A model generated the notes under the pieces. The model made no database searches. It saw nothing but the letters and a program-made list of their open reading frames with translations, and had not been told where the DNA came from. A stretch of DNA of 64,000 bases from a virus (taxonomy: Duplodnaviria > Caudoviricetes), in IMG/VR virus record IMGVR_UViG_3300042881_004206; one strand, given 5' to 3'. The position numbers were made by a program, and so were the translations under genes. Each line of letters opens with the position of its first letter. Position 1 is the stretch's first letter. Shown here piece by piece: positions 53,965 through 62,994 of this stretch.

Positions 53965-54342
53965 ATGGATGAGAAGCAAAAAAATGCTCTAGATAATTTA
54001 GAAGAAACTTCACGAATCTTTCAAGAAGTTTTTGATGAAATTGAAAAAGAACAGGAAGAATATTGGAATTCTTTGACTGAAGAACAACGATTAAAAGCTT
54101 TCTGTGCAGTATCTCGCCGAATACACGAAGGTGAAATCGAAAAGAAAGGTTCTTATCGTTATGTGCTTTATGATGTTTTTGGTTTTGGGCCTGAAGCATA
54201 TGCACAAGCACAAATGGCAGGATATCTTGCCATCCACAATTCCATCATGTATGATGACTATGATTCGAAGCTGTTGAAAGCATTTTGCAAGAAATACAAT
54301 ATTGATAATGCTGATGAAAAGGTTACGGAATTTTTGATATGA
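53965..54342 (+). CDS. Hypothetical protein
   Basis: GSYRYVLYDVFGFG..AY...G...HN motif. Confidence 0.7.
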   Translation: MDEKQKNALDNLEETSRIFQEVFDEIEKEQEEYWNSLTEEQRLKAFCAVSRRIHEGEIEKKGSYRYVLYDVFGFGPEAYAQAQMAGYLAIHNSIMYDDYDSKLLKAFCKKYNIDNADEKVTEFLI

Positions 54343-54545
54343 TTAAAGAACCTGTTACTAAAAGTGATTTGAATCGAATAATGTTTCCTATTCTCGGCCG
54401 TTTCAAATATGTTGAAATATGGTGGCAATCTGAAAACAAAGCATTCAATAATAAAACACCCAATGAATTGTATTGGGCTGGTGGTGAATCACGCCAAAAG
54501 GTGATTGATTATGTTCTTGGCCAAATGAACGGTGATTATTCTTAA
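54339..54545 (+). CDS. Hypothetical protein (MbcA/ParS antitoxin-like C-terminal pattern)
   Basis: WW...NKAF...TP ... V..Y. Confidence 0.5.
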   Translation: MIKEPVTKSDLNRIMFPILGRFKYVEIWWQSENKAFNNKTPNELYWAGGESRQKVIDYVLGQMNGDYS

Positions 54546-54560
54546 AAAGGAAATTATATT

Positions 54561-54977
54561 ATGATGCCTGCTGGTCTGTATTATGTTGGTGATTTGTGTT
54601 ATGTAATGACTGACGAAGAATGGGACGATTTCTGTTCTATTACCATTAAAGGTAATGAATGTTTGTCTGGTGAATTTACAATGCCTGATGGTCGTAAGTT
54701 TGCAACATATAACACCATGTATGGTGATGGTGAATATTCAGATCAATCTGCCCATTATTCTTTTGTTGTAGATTCGGGTTCGATTGGTTGCATTAAACTA
54801 ACAGAAATTAACGTTGGTATTGATGATGTTGGTCGTTTAGGTTCTGTTATTCAATTCAATAGTGATTTTGAAACATCAGGCGGCCGTGATGAAAAATGGG
54901 ATGGTGTGATTCGATTTGGCCACATACATATTGATACCGATCCAAATATCGAATTTGATGATAGTGGTTGGATTTAA
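54561..54977 (+). CDS. Conserved phage hypothetical protein
   Basis: G.YYVGDLCYV, T.YGDG.Y, VDSGSIG. Confidence 0.75.
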   Translation: MMPAGLYYVGDLCYVMTDEEWDDFCSITIKGNECLSGEFTMPDGRKFATYNTMYGDGEYSDQSAHYSFVVDSGSIGCIKLTEINVGIDDVGRLGSVIQFNSDFETSGGRDEKWDGVIRFGHIHIDTDPNIEFDDSGWI

Positions 54978-54986
54978 GGAGAACCT

Positions 54987-55247
54987 ATGAGTGACCAAGA
55001 AGCAAAAGAAAAACGTTCTCGCCGAATTCAAAAAGAAGAAAATGCAATTCGCAAACAACTAAAACTGGCCAAAACATTTCATATGGATGTAAAAGACCAT
55101 GAAGGACACCGTTTTGCAAAACACCATGCATTGGATTGTGGAATTCCCAGTTGCCCAATGTGTTCCAGTCCTAGGAAAATCCGTGGTGAACTAACTATCC
55201 AGGAAAAACGTATGTACCAGGATATTGATCCGAATACCGAAGATTGA
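54987..55247 (+). CDS. Basic zinc-binding hypothetical protein
   Basis: KHH..DCG.P.C.MCS.PR. Confidence 0.7.
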   Translation: MSDQEAKEKRSRRIQKEENAIRKQLKLAKTFHMDVKDHEGHRFAKHHALDCGIPSCPMCSSPRKIRGELTIQEKRMYQDIDPNTED

Positions 55248-55248
55248 T

Positions 55249-55297
55249 GTTGTATATTTGCAACATGGTTGCCAACCAACCATATTTTTGTTATAAT
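55249..55297 (+). promoter_or_regulatory. GTTG-N8-CAAC box plus sigma70 promoter
   Basis: GTTGTATATTTGCAAC; TTGCCA-17-TATAAT. Confidence 0.75.
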
Positions 55298-55325
55298 GTA
55301 GTTTTTGAAATGTTGGAGTGAATCT

Positions 55326-56465
55326 ATGAGTCTAAATCGAAACGGTCGTGCATTTGTTCTCGCTGCTGAAGAAAAGTTTGGTATTGGTGCAATTATCACT
55401 CGCGATAATATCAATTCTGTAGTTGAAGAAAAAGGTGTGCCCTATCCCCATTGGCTTGTAACTAAGTCTGAACATCGATACGACCGAGGTTTGTATCGAC
55501 TACCCAATATTGGTACGCAACAAATTAAACAAAAAGAACCTGAACTTGAAATGAATCTATCTGCTCAGGTGGTTTCTTTTCGTCAACCTAAATTGATTGA
55601 CGATTCCGACACTTCAATCCCCACTCTTTATCCTGACTATGTTCAATTTGGATTTTTTAAAGACCTGTCTAATATTGTTAAATCTCGGATGTTTTATCCT
55701 GTGTTCATTACAGGTCTATCGGGAAATGGTAAAACACTCATGGTTGAACAAGTTTGCGCAGTCTTGCAGCGTGAATGTATTCGTGTTAACATTTCGATTG
55801 AAACTGATGAGTCTGATCTTCTCGGTGGTCCAACTCTTGTTAATGGTAATGTTGTTAATCGGGATGGTCCTGTTATTCAAGCAATGAAGAAAGGTGCAGT
55901 CCTTCTGATTGATGAGGTTGACCGCGGTTCAAATAAACTTATGTGCTTACAGGGTATTCTAGAAGGTAAGCCATACTATAATAAAAAGAATGGTGAACTG
56001 GTCACTCCCGTATCAGGATTCAATGTAATTGCTACCGCAAACACCAAAGGTCGCGGTTCAGATGAAGGTCGCTATCTTTCACAGATTCTAGATGATGCTT
56101 TCTTGGAGCGTTTTCCAATTACTATTGAACAGGAATATCCTGATATTAAAACAGAAAAGAAGATTCTGAGTCCTCTTATTCCAGATCAAGAGTTTGTTGA
56201 TTATTTGGTTCAATGGGCTGATGTTGTGCGTCAATCATTTGATCAAGGTGCTGTTGATGAAATTATCTCTACCCGGCGACTAGTGCATATTGCAAAAGCT
56301 TACTCAATCTTTAAAAATCGTGTAAAGGCCATTGAATTGTGCGTTTCGAGGTTTGATTCGGAAACCAAGAGTGCTTTCCTTGACCTTTACAGTAAGGTTG
56401 ATCCTAGTGTAAGTGGCGACACGGAATCCACACAAACAACCGTACCAAAAGAAATTTTAACTTAA
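55326..56465 (+). CDS. cobS: CobS/MoxR-like AAA+ ATPase
   Basis: TGLSGNGKT, LLIDEVD, ATANTKGRG, AFLERF, ISTRRL. Confidence 0.9.
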   Translation: MSLNRNGRAFVLAAEEKFGIGAIITRDNINSVVEEKGVPYPHWLVTKSEHRYDRGLYRLPNIGTQQIKQKEPELEMNLSAQVVSFRQPKLIDDSDTSIPTLYPDYVQFGFFKDLSNIVKSRMFYPVFITGLSGNGKTLMVEQVCAVLQRECIRVNISIETDESDLLGGPTLVNGNVVNRDGPVIQAMKKGAVLLIDEVDRGSNKLMCLQGILEGKPYYNKKNGELVTPVSGFNVIATANTKGRGSDEGRYLSQILDDAFLERFPITIEQEYPDIKTEKKILSPLIPDQEFVDYLVQWADVVRQSFDQGAVDEIISTRRLVHIAKAYSIFKNRVKAIELCVSRFDSETKSAFLDLYSKVDPSVSGDTESTQTTVPKEILT

Positions 56466-56474
56466 TTAAAACAT

Positions 56475-56517
56475 AACCGAAAAAGTGGTTGCCAACATTA
56501 CTTTTTTCGGTTATAAT
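56475..56517 (+). promoter_or_regulatory. Terminator-like inverted repeat containing a sigma70 promoter
   Basis: TAACCGAAAAAGT / ACTTTTTTCGGTTA arms; TTGCCA in the loop, 17 nt before TATAAT. Confidence 0.7.
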
Positions 56518-56561
56518 CCATAATGTTGGTTTTATTATTTGTTTTTTGAAAGGATATTATT

Positions 56562-56897
56562 ATGTCTAATGTTGTTCGTAAAGGTAAGCAAAATCGTCAC
56601 GAAAAGATTACACAGGTTCTTCTTTCTGGTAAGCCTGTATCTCCTGATGAGATTCGTGCTGTATTCAAGGATACCGACCAAGAAAAGGTAATGTATCGAC
56701 TGAGTACAAACATTTATAACATTCGCCTTGATGGTGGTATTATCAAAGTTCACAAGACTGGTCGTACTGTAACCGCTTATCAACTCGTGAATTTTGAAGA
56801 ATTCAATTCTGAAGGTCGTTATGTGGGTAAGCAAAACAAGGTTAACCCTAATCCTGTAACTGTTGAGGTTGAAAATAACGAAACTGTTGAGGTCTAA
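56562..56897 (+). CDS. Hypothetical protein (possible winged helix)
   Basis: AAGGA RBS; YRLSTNIYNIR..GG.IK..K.GR.V.AYQL. Confidence 0.7.
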   Translation: MSNVVRKGKQNRHEKITQVLLSGKPVSPDEIRAVFKDTDQEKVMYRLSTNIYNIRLDGGIIKVHKTGRTVTAYQLVNFEEFNSEGRYVGKQNKVNPNPVTVEVENNETVEV

Positions 56898-56939
56898 TAT
56901 GATCACGGTATATAACCGAATAGAAGGAGTGGACGAATA

Positions 56940-57332
56940 ATGGCACTTTGGAAAATTACACCTACATGGAAAAAATCCATTGTAGAAGTTCAAGAATGGG
57001 TAAAGCCCGGTTCTGATGATGTTATCACGCACGAAATTGGTTGGCGTTGGGGTGAATTCTTTATTGAAACTGAGGATGATAATCCACCTAAAATCGAAGA
57101 AGGTGTGGACATGTTTAATCTCCCTGATGACCTAACTTGTGACGATTGGTCTACAGAAGATGGTTGTTGGGAAGAAACAGATATTGAAATTGATGATGAA
57201 AATGAACACGAAGAAGTTGAAGAATTCTTGTCTGAAAATTCTATCTATGATCTAGAAGAAAAAGATTGGGTATTGTCCGATTCATACATGTACATTAATT
57301 GTGAATTGAATATCGAACGGGTTGAAGACTAA
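56940..57332 (+). CDS. Acidic hypothetical protein
   Basis: GWRWGEF, DGCW motifs. Confidence 0.7.
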   Translation: MALWKITPTWKKSIVEVQEWVKPGSDDVITHEIGWRWGEFFIETEDDNPPKIEEGVDMFNLPDDLTCDDWSTEDGCWEETDIEIDDENEHEEVEEFLSENSIYDLEEKDWVLSDSYMYINCELNIERVED

Positions 57333-57514
57333 CTTCAATAATTTCCATGATTATTCTTAAAGATTTTTTAGATTTTTTAAGGTACTGTACATTCAAGGAA
57401 ATTAAAACTCTTTTTATATTATTTTTTGTTAGCTTGCTTCAATTATTTGTTCCTCTTTTTCTGTTTTATTCAATCTATATAATATATACAACATAAACTT
57501 TTGGAAAATTTATT

Positions 57515-57853
57515 ATGTCTAGAAAAAAATTGTTTCTTGTTGAAACCATTTCTATGTTTCGTCATAGGTATGTGGTGAAAGCAAAGGAAGAATCTCATGC
57601 TCTTGATGAGGTTGTGATGAATGTTGGTTCAGATTATAAAGATTGTTTCGAAGAATTTTCACAATATCATATCGATGAGGTGATTTCTTCATCTAGACCT
57701 ATTTCTAAAGAAGAATATTTTGAATTGTTTGATAAAGATAATAACTATCTGAAGAATTGGAACGAAAAACAAAAGCTTCGTTTCATTAATGTAATTGACT
57801 ATGAGGAAGATAATCATGGCGACAACCAAGAAAACGACAAAAGCCTCGACTGA
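57515..57853 (+). CDS. Hypothetical protein
   Basis: LVETISMFR.RYVV..EFSQ.H..E motif. Confidence 0.7.
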   Translation: MSRKKLFLVETISMFRHRYVVKAKEESHALDEVVMNVGSDYKDCFEEFSQYHIDEVISSSRPISKEEYFELFDKDNNYLKNWNEKQKLRFINVIDYEEDNHGDNQENDKSLD

Positions 57854-58031
57854 AAAGAAAACACGGGTATCAATTAAAAAGGCAATTGATAACATTCAAT
57901 CCACACAAGTGTTTTTTCCTAAAGTGACTGTAGGTTCTCACTTAACGGTTACAGAATTTGCTAATGGTGCAACATATCTCGCATGGAATGATGATGCACT
58001 ACTGAAAGAAATTCAGGCAGCAACAAAATGA
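57816..58031 (+). CDS. Hypothetical protein
   Basis: GAGG RBS before ATG 57816. Confidence 0.55.
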   Translation: MATTKKTTKASTEKKTRVSIKKAIDNIQSTQVFFPKVTVGSHLTVTEFANGATYLAWNDDALLKEIQAATK

Positions 58032-58732
58032 AGGTATATATCTCCCGATATCGTAATCATTGGCTGAGTCCTTATACTATCCTAGAAAAGGTTTGTTTTT
58101 GGGAAAAAGATAGGGATGTATTCTATAATCTGGAAGACAAACCAGACCACAAGTATGAAAAATGGGTTAATTTTTTGACTCCAATTTGTCAATCTCTGCA
58201 AAAGTTCCTTGATTTTGTTCATCCTCGTGTTGAGTATGTCAAGATTGATTACTACGATACTTGGAACATGGACCGAACTATAGGTTTGATTGCTCTCCCT
58301 ATGTTGAAGCAATTGAAAGAAAAGAAACACGGTTCACCATTTGTTGACCTTGAGGATGTGCCAGAGTATCTCCGTGCAACCACAACGGAAGAATATGATG
58401 GTCAGTCTACTTTTGATTTCTACAAAGAACATAAAGTAAAAGAAGGTGAATGTGATATTCATGCACGCTGGGAATGGGTGATGAACGAAATGATTTTCGC
58501 TTTCGAACATCACCTAGATGATTCTTGGGAAGAAAAATATCGTAGTGGTGTTATTGATTGGAAAAATCAACCGTGTGCATGGGATGAAAATGGTAAGGCC
58601 ACATTGTTTAAAACATCGAATGGACCAAATCATACATATGAATGTGATTATGATGGTATGGATGTAGTATACAAAAGAATTCAAAATGGTTTCAGGCTTT
58701 TCGGTAAATACTATCAAGGTCTGTGGGACTGA
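58028..58732 (+). CDS. Conserved phage hypothetical protein
   Basis: ID.YDTW.MD.T...I..P.L.QL...KHG.P, W..V..EMI.AF, GF.LFGKYY..LWD. Confidence 0.8.
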   Translation: MKVYISRYRNHWLSPYTILEKVCFWEKDRDVFYNLEDKPDHKYEKWVNFLTPICQSLQKFLDFVHPRVEYVKIDYYDTWNMDRTIGLIALPMLKQLKEKKHGSPFVDLEDVPEYLRATTTEEYDGQSTFDFYKEHKVKEGECDIHARWEWVMNEMIFAFEHHLDDSWEEKYRSGVIDWKNQPCAWDENGKATLFKTSNGPNHTYECDYDGMDVVYKRIQNGFRLFGKYYQGLWD

Positions 58733-59028
58733 TGGCAAGAAAAAAGAAAGAACAGGAAATATTACTTGACGATTTTCCTTATCCAATTAGAACTCAAAAC
58801 GCAGTGTACTTCTACTTAAACAGATATAAACCAAAATACTTTTTAGGTGATCCTGTCAAAGGCGTATATCAAGGAAAACCTTGGAAAGGTACTGTTGCAA
58901 ACGACACACTAGTAAGTGAGGAAGAAGGTCCTTATGTCCTGGTGTTTTTGGATAAACCTATTATGGTTGACAATGAAGAACGAACTATGTTAAAATTAAA
59001 ACATGATGAGGTGAAAGAATCGAAATGA
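58732..59028 (+). CDS. Hypothetical protein
   Basis: TGATG coupling; GTV.NDT..SE.EGP. Confidence 0.6.
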   Translation: MARKKKEQEILLDDFPYPIRTQNAVYFYLNRYKPKYFLGDPVKGVYQGKPWKGTVANDTLVSEEEGPYVLVFLDKPIMVDNEERTMLKLKHDEVKESK

Positions 59029-59498
59029 GCAATTTGAAATCACACGCTTGGAATGAATTTAAAGCTGCAGGTTGGCTTGATGAACACGGTAAGTTCAAAG
59101 ATGAAATGCAAGAAGCTATTTGCACTCATGTATTGAAATTGCTTGATGTTTTTGCTGATGAAGGACATTCTGGTTCTTCTGCGCCATATGCACTTAACAT
59201 ATTCAAGGAACTGGCCATGTTTGAACCAATTGCACCATTAACTGGTGAAGATTGGGAATGGAGTGATGTGAGTGATTATGGCACCGGTAATTCACTATGG
59301 CAAAACAAACGATGCAGTCATGTTTTCAAAGACTCAAATGGTGCATATGATAGTAATGGTGTCGTATGGTGGGAATGGTACACCGATAAAGAAACTGGTG
59401 AAAAATTTAAGTCACATTTTACTAATTTTAAAAGTCGAGTGCCCGTAACTTTTCCGTATACACCAAAAACTGAATATAAAGAATGGATTGAATCGTGA
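59025..59498 (+). CDS. Conserved phage hypothetical protein
   Basis: EGHSG.SA, PLTG.D.EW, QNKRCS.VFK, V.FPY.P. Confidence 0.8.
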   Translation: MSNLKSHAWNEFKAAGWLDEHGKFKDEMQEAICTHVLKLLDVFADEGHSGSSAPYALNIFKELAMFEPIAPLTGEDWEWSDVSDYGTGNSLWQNKRCSHVFKDSNGAYDSNGVVWWEWYTDKETGEKFKSHFTNFKSRVPVTFPYTPKTEYKEWIES

Positions 59499-59500
59499 TA

Positions 59501-59752
59501 ATGACTTTGATACATTACATTTCTGCCAGCCGAAGGTTGAATGAATGTGAAAAAACTGTTATGATGTTGGGTGGATCACAATACCATGATGATGGTATTC
59601 CTTCACAGATGGCTGCACAAAGAGAAATGATTAAGCGAGAGGTTGAATATTATGGTGAGAGGTTACAATTTTGGATGTATTTGTCACCAGTAATTTTGTT
59701 AATTTTAATTATGGTTGTTATGTTCTCAATTCATTTTGGAGTGTTTAAATGA
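59501..59752 (+). CDS. Membrane-anchored hypothetical protein
   Basis: C-terminal TM. Confidence 0.55.
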   Translation: MTLIHYISASRRLNECEKTVMMLGGSQYHDDGIPSQMAAQREMIKREVEYYGERLQFWMYLSPVILLILIMVVMFSIHFGVFK

Positions 59753-60003
59753 AAAAAATTGTTGATTGGTTTGTAAATAATTTGCCCCTTATTTTGTTGT
59801 TTAGTTCATTTACAATTCTAATTGTATATGTTTACTCTCTGCCCGATAGAGAATACACAAGACAATCCGAACCACTCAAAGAATTCAAAGATGGTATTCA
59901 AAATCATCTTGTATGGTCACTGAAAGGTGAGTGTTACTTTGTTCGACCAAATGACGATGTTACTGTCTATTTGATTCGTGTTAATGATTGTGATAAAAAG
60001 TAA
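59749..60003 (+). CDS. Membrane-anchored hypothetical protein
   Basis: N-terminal TM; ECYFV..DC. Confidence 0.6.
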   Translation: MKKIVDWFVNNLPLILLFSSFTILIVYVYSLPDREYTRQSEPLKEFKDGIQNHLVWSLKGECYFVRPNDDVTVYLIRVNDCDKK

Positions 60004-60013
60004 GGAGAAAACT

Positions 60014-60289
60014 ATGTCCATGTTTGTTGAAGTCGATTCTATTGAAAAAGGTTGTCCAGTTATTGTTAATCTGGACCAAGTTGTTGAAATTGCACCACTT
60101 CATGCCGGTGGCTGTGCGATTTTCTTTACTGATGGTGCAGGCATGAATTCAAAATCAGCAATGAAGGTCACAAACGAATATAGTGAATTCAAACAATTTG
60201 TTTTGCAAACTGTTTCAGCAAAAGATATTGAACGCCGTTTTCCTTCCAAAAAGAAGGAAACTGCTGAAGTAGAGATTCCTAAGCTATGA
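60014..60289 (+). CDS. Hypothetical protein
   Basis: AGGAG RBS; V.VNLD.V..I pattern. Confidence 0.65.
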   Translation: MSMFVEVDSIEKGCPVIVNLDQVVEIAPLHAGGCAIFFTDGAGMNSKSAMKVTNEYSEFKQFVLQTVSAKDIERRFPSKKKETAEVEIPKL

Positions 60290-60489
60290 ACAAGTTTACA
60301 TTAAAAATGGAACAACCTGAATTTAATCGGGTTGTTGAGGTTTCTTTTGAAGAAGAATATCTAGATAATGTTGTGATGCAACTAGATATGTTTCTCAAAG
60401 GATGTGGATATGTGTTTAGTCAACTTGAAGTGTTTGAAGAAAAGACCACTCATATTGATTTTGACACACCTTCGGATGTGAGGGTATAA
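60286..60489 (+). CDS. Hypothetical protein
   Basis: F..FLKGCGY motif. Confidence 0.65.
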   Translation: MNKFTLKMEQPEFNRVVEVSFEEEYLDNVVMQLDMFLKGCGYVFSQLEVFEEKTTHIDFDTPSDVRV

Positions 60490-60950
60490 TGAATCGCAAT
60501 CAAGCAATTGATATTCTCGGCCGTACAGGTGAGAAAATTATCGCAAATATGTTGATTGAACTTGGTTTAAATGTCCAAGAATCGATTGACCATTTCGATT
60601 CTGAAAAAGATTTTCTTGTTGATGGTAAAAAAGTCGAGGTAAAAACCGAACAACCGTATGTGCGCGAAAATTCTTTTTCTTTCAGAGAAAATCAATTGCG
60701 TAAATGCAGGAATGTAGATGTTTTGTATTTTGTTTCGATTCCACCACTATATCGACCAGATTATAAATGGGGCGGCTGGATTTTCCGTGCAGAACCACAA
60801 AACTTCAGGCACTTTAATTTTACAACAAAATTTGGTACTAAAATGATCGGTGTGCCTATTGAACAAGATGCATTAATTCCCGTTAAAAAAATGACTGATG
60901 AGGAAATTAATGAGTTATTGAAATACGCAGAATCAGCTTATGCAAAATGA
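60489..60950 (+). CDS. PD-(D/E)xK nuclease-like protein
   Basis: LG..GE..I, D...DF.VDG..VEVKT. Confidence 0.7.
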   Translation: MNRNQAIDILGRTGEKIIANMLIELGLNVQESIDHFDSEKDFLVDGKKVEVKTEQPYVRENSFSFRENQLRKCRNVDVLYFVSIPPLYRPDYKWGGWIFRAEPQNFRHFNFTTKFGTKMIGVPIEQDALIPVKKMTDEEINELLKYAESAYAK

Positions 60951-61234
60951 ATGACATATTAGCAGATATATTTGATTGGATAAAAGATGATTTCAGGTCT
61001 AATCCTTTTAGGTTTACTGTCGAGCTTGTGGCTTGGGCAATATCTATTGGCTGTTCAATTACGATGGCAGCCACAGTCCCCAATCCTCCTTTATTTGTTT
61101 TATATCCTCTTTGGATTTGTGGGTGTGCTATGTACGCTTGGGCTGCTTGGACTCGCAAATCTTTTGGCATGCTCGCTAACTATGTACTGTTAACAACAAT
61201 TGATACTATTGGATTGATAAGGATGTTAACATAA
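60947..61234 (+). CDS. Three-TM membrane protein
   Basis: Three hydrophobic segments; R.SFG.L.NY. Confidence 0.7.
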   Translation: MNDILADIFDWIKDDFRSNPFRFTVELVAWAISIGCSITMAATVPNPPLFVLYPLWICGCAMYAWAAWTRKSFGMLANYVLLTTIDTIGLIRMLT

Positions 61235-61235
61235 C

Positions 61236-61264
61236 TTGCCATTTACTGGATAATGTGATACACT
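61236..61264 (+). promoter_or_regulatory. sigma70-type promoter
   Basis: TTGCCA-17-TACACT. Confidence 0.6.
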
Positions 61265-61271
61265 ATACATT

Positions 61272-61850
61272 ATGAATATTTTTTATCTAGATAATGATCC
61301 CAAAACATGCGCAGAAATGCATGTTGATAAACATGTGGTAAAAATGATCATTGAATATTGCCAACTCATGTCCACGGCTCATCGTGTAATTGATGGTGAA
61401 GAATATACTGATCTTACAGCCAATGGTCGCCGGATCAAACGGTGGCGCCTTGATGATGATCGAGAACATACTTTGATGAAGGCATCACACATTAATCATC
61501 CTAGTGCAATCTGGTGCCGAGAAAACCACGAAAACTATCTTTGGCTTTATAATCTTTTGCGGCATCTATGTGAAGAATACACATATCGTTACGAAAAACA
61601 ACATTCATGTTCCAGGTTGTTGCCCATTTTGCGATTTTTACCAAACAATATTCCTCTAGGTGATTTTTTCCCACCAACTCCAGCCATGCCTACCGAACTC
61701 AAAGTAGTTGCTGAAAATCCATTGCCTGGTAGAAAATATGATTCTTTGAAATCTTATCATAAATACTATATAACGGAGAAAATCCGTTTTGCAAAATGGA
61801 AAAATCGTAATGTCCCGGAGTGGTTTAATGCCAACATATCAATTTCTTAA
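61272..61850 (+). CDS. Pyrimidine-dimer DNA glycosylase family protein (DenV-like)
   Basis: MNIFYLD.DP..CA..H.DKHVVKM..E..Q, H.NHP..IW.R, Y..YY..EK. Confidence 0.8.
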   Translation: MNIFYLDNDPKTCAEMHVDKHVVKMIIEYCQLMSTAHRVIDGEEYTDLTANGRRIKRWRLDDDREHTLMKASHINHPSAIWCRENHENYLWLYNLLRHLCEEYTYRYEKQHSCSRLLPILRFLPNNIPLGDFFPPTPAMPTELKVVAENPLPGRKYDSLKSYHKYYITEKIRFAKWKNRNVPEWFNANISIS

Positions 61851-62109
61851 TTCAAATACAAACGAAGTCGAAGATCATACGATGAAAATGTCGGATCTCG
61901 ATAAATTTAAAGAAGATAATCCACACCTTCAGAGATATTTCTCCGCAGAATCATTGCCAGGTTTCGGTGATTCTATGCGTATGAGTGTGCCGGGCTATGG
62001 CCAAGGTGTAGCAGCTTTTGAACAGGGTGTCATACAAAGAATTAAAGACACAGTGCCAGGTAATAACTTGCACAGAACACATAAAACAAAAGCACCAAAG
62101 GAATGGTAA
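61828..62109 (+). CDS. FmdB-like small protein (zinc ligands absent)
   Basis: MPTY.F.N..T.E ... NP.L; Cys residues missing. Confidence 0.6.
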   Translation: MPTYQFLNSNTNEVEDHTMKMSDLDKFKEDNPHLQRYFSAESLPGFGDSMRMSVPGYGQGVAAFEQGVIQRIKDTVPGNNLHRTHKTKAPKEW

Positions 62110-62241
62110 TGGCTCAAATTCCAGTTCTATTTTTACCGAAAGGATCACATGGTAAAAAAACCTCCGTAGTTGCATCTCCTATTGTAATTGAACAAAAAAA
62201 GAAAACAATTAAAATTGCTGCCTTATTAAAGGGGAAAATGC

Positions 62242-62994
62242 ATGGTCACCAGAAAAACCTCAATGAAACTAGTCAACAATATCGAGGAAGAAAAAACAAA
62301 TACAACAAATCATACACTCAAAATAAAACTAGATCATCTTAAAACTTTTGACCCCTTAACTGATAATCAAAAAAAGTTTTTTGATGCATATAAAAGAGGT
62401 GATTATTTCGTAGCATTGCATGGTGTTGCAGGCACCGGTAAAACATTTTGTGCAATGTATAAAGCACTGGAAGAAGTATTGGATAAAACGAATCCTTTTC
62501 GAAAAATTATTGTAGTTAGGTCTGCGGTTCAATCTCGGGAAATTGGTCATCTGCCAGGTGATGTAACTGACAAGATGGAAATTTATCAACAACCATATAG
62601 ACAAATTTGTGAAACTTTATTTGGCCGTAAAGATGCGTATCAGAGACTAGAAGAACAAGGTTATATTGAGTTTATATCAACCAGTTTTATTCGTGGTATG
62701 AGTTTTGATGATGCAATTATTGTTGTTGATGAAATGCAGAATATGACATTTGAAGAAATTGATACAGTTATGACGCGAGTTGGATATAGGTCAAAAATTA
62801 TTTGGTGCGGCGACTATAGACAAACTGATCTGAACAAAAAGAAGAATGATGTGAGTGGTATTTTGAAGTTTTTTGATATTGCACATCATATGAACGCATT
62901 TACAAGAATTGAATTTACAGCAGACGATATTGTCCGCAGTAGTTTAGTCAAAGATTATATACTAGCTAAAATAAAATATGAAGATTTAACATAA
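62242..62994 (+). CDS. phoH: PhoH-family ATPase
   Basis: GVAGTGKT, RSAV, G.LPG, FIRG.SF, VDEMQN, TRVG, GD.RQ.D, DIVRS. Confidence 0.95.
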   Translation: MVTRKTSMKLVNNIEEEKTNTTNHTLKIKLDHLKTFDPLTDNQKKFFDAYKRGDYFVALHGVAGTGKTFCAMYKALEEVLDKTNPFRKIIVVRSAVQSREIGHLPGDVTDKMEIYQQPYRQICETLFGRKDAYQRLEEQGYIEFISTSFIRGMSFDDAIIVVDEMQNMTFEEIDTVMTRVGYRSKIIWCGDYRQTDLNKKKNDVSGILKFFDIAHHMNAFTRIEFTADDIVRSSLVKDYILAKIKYEDLT

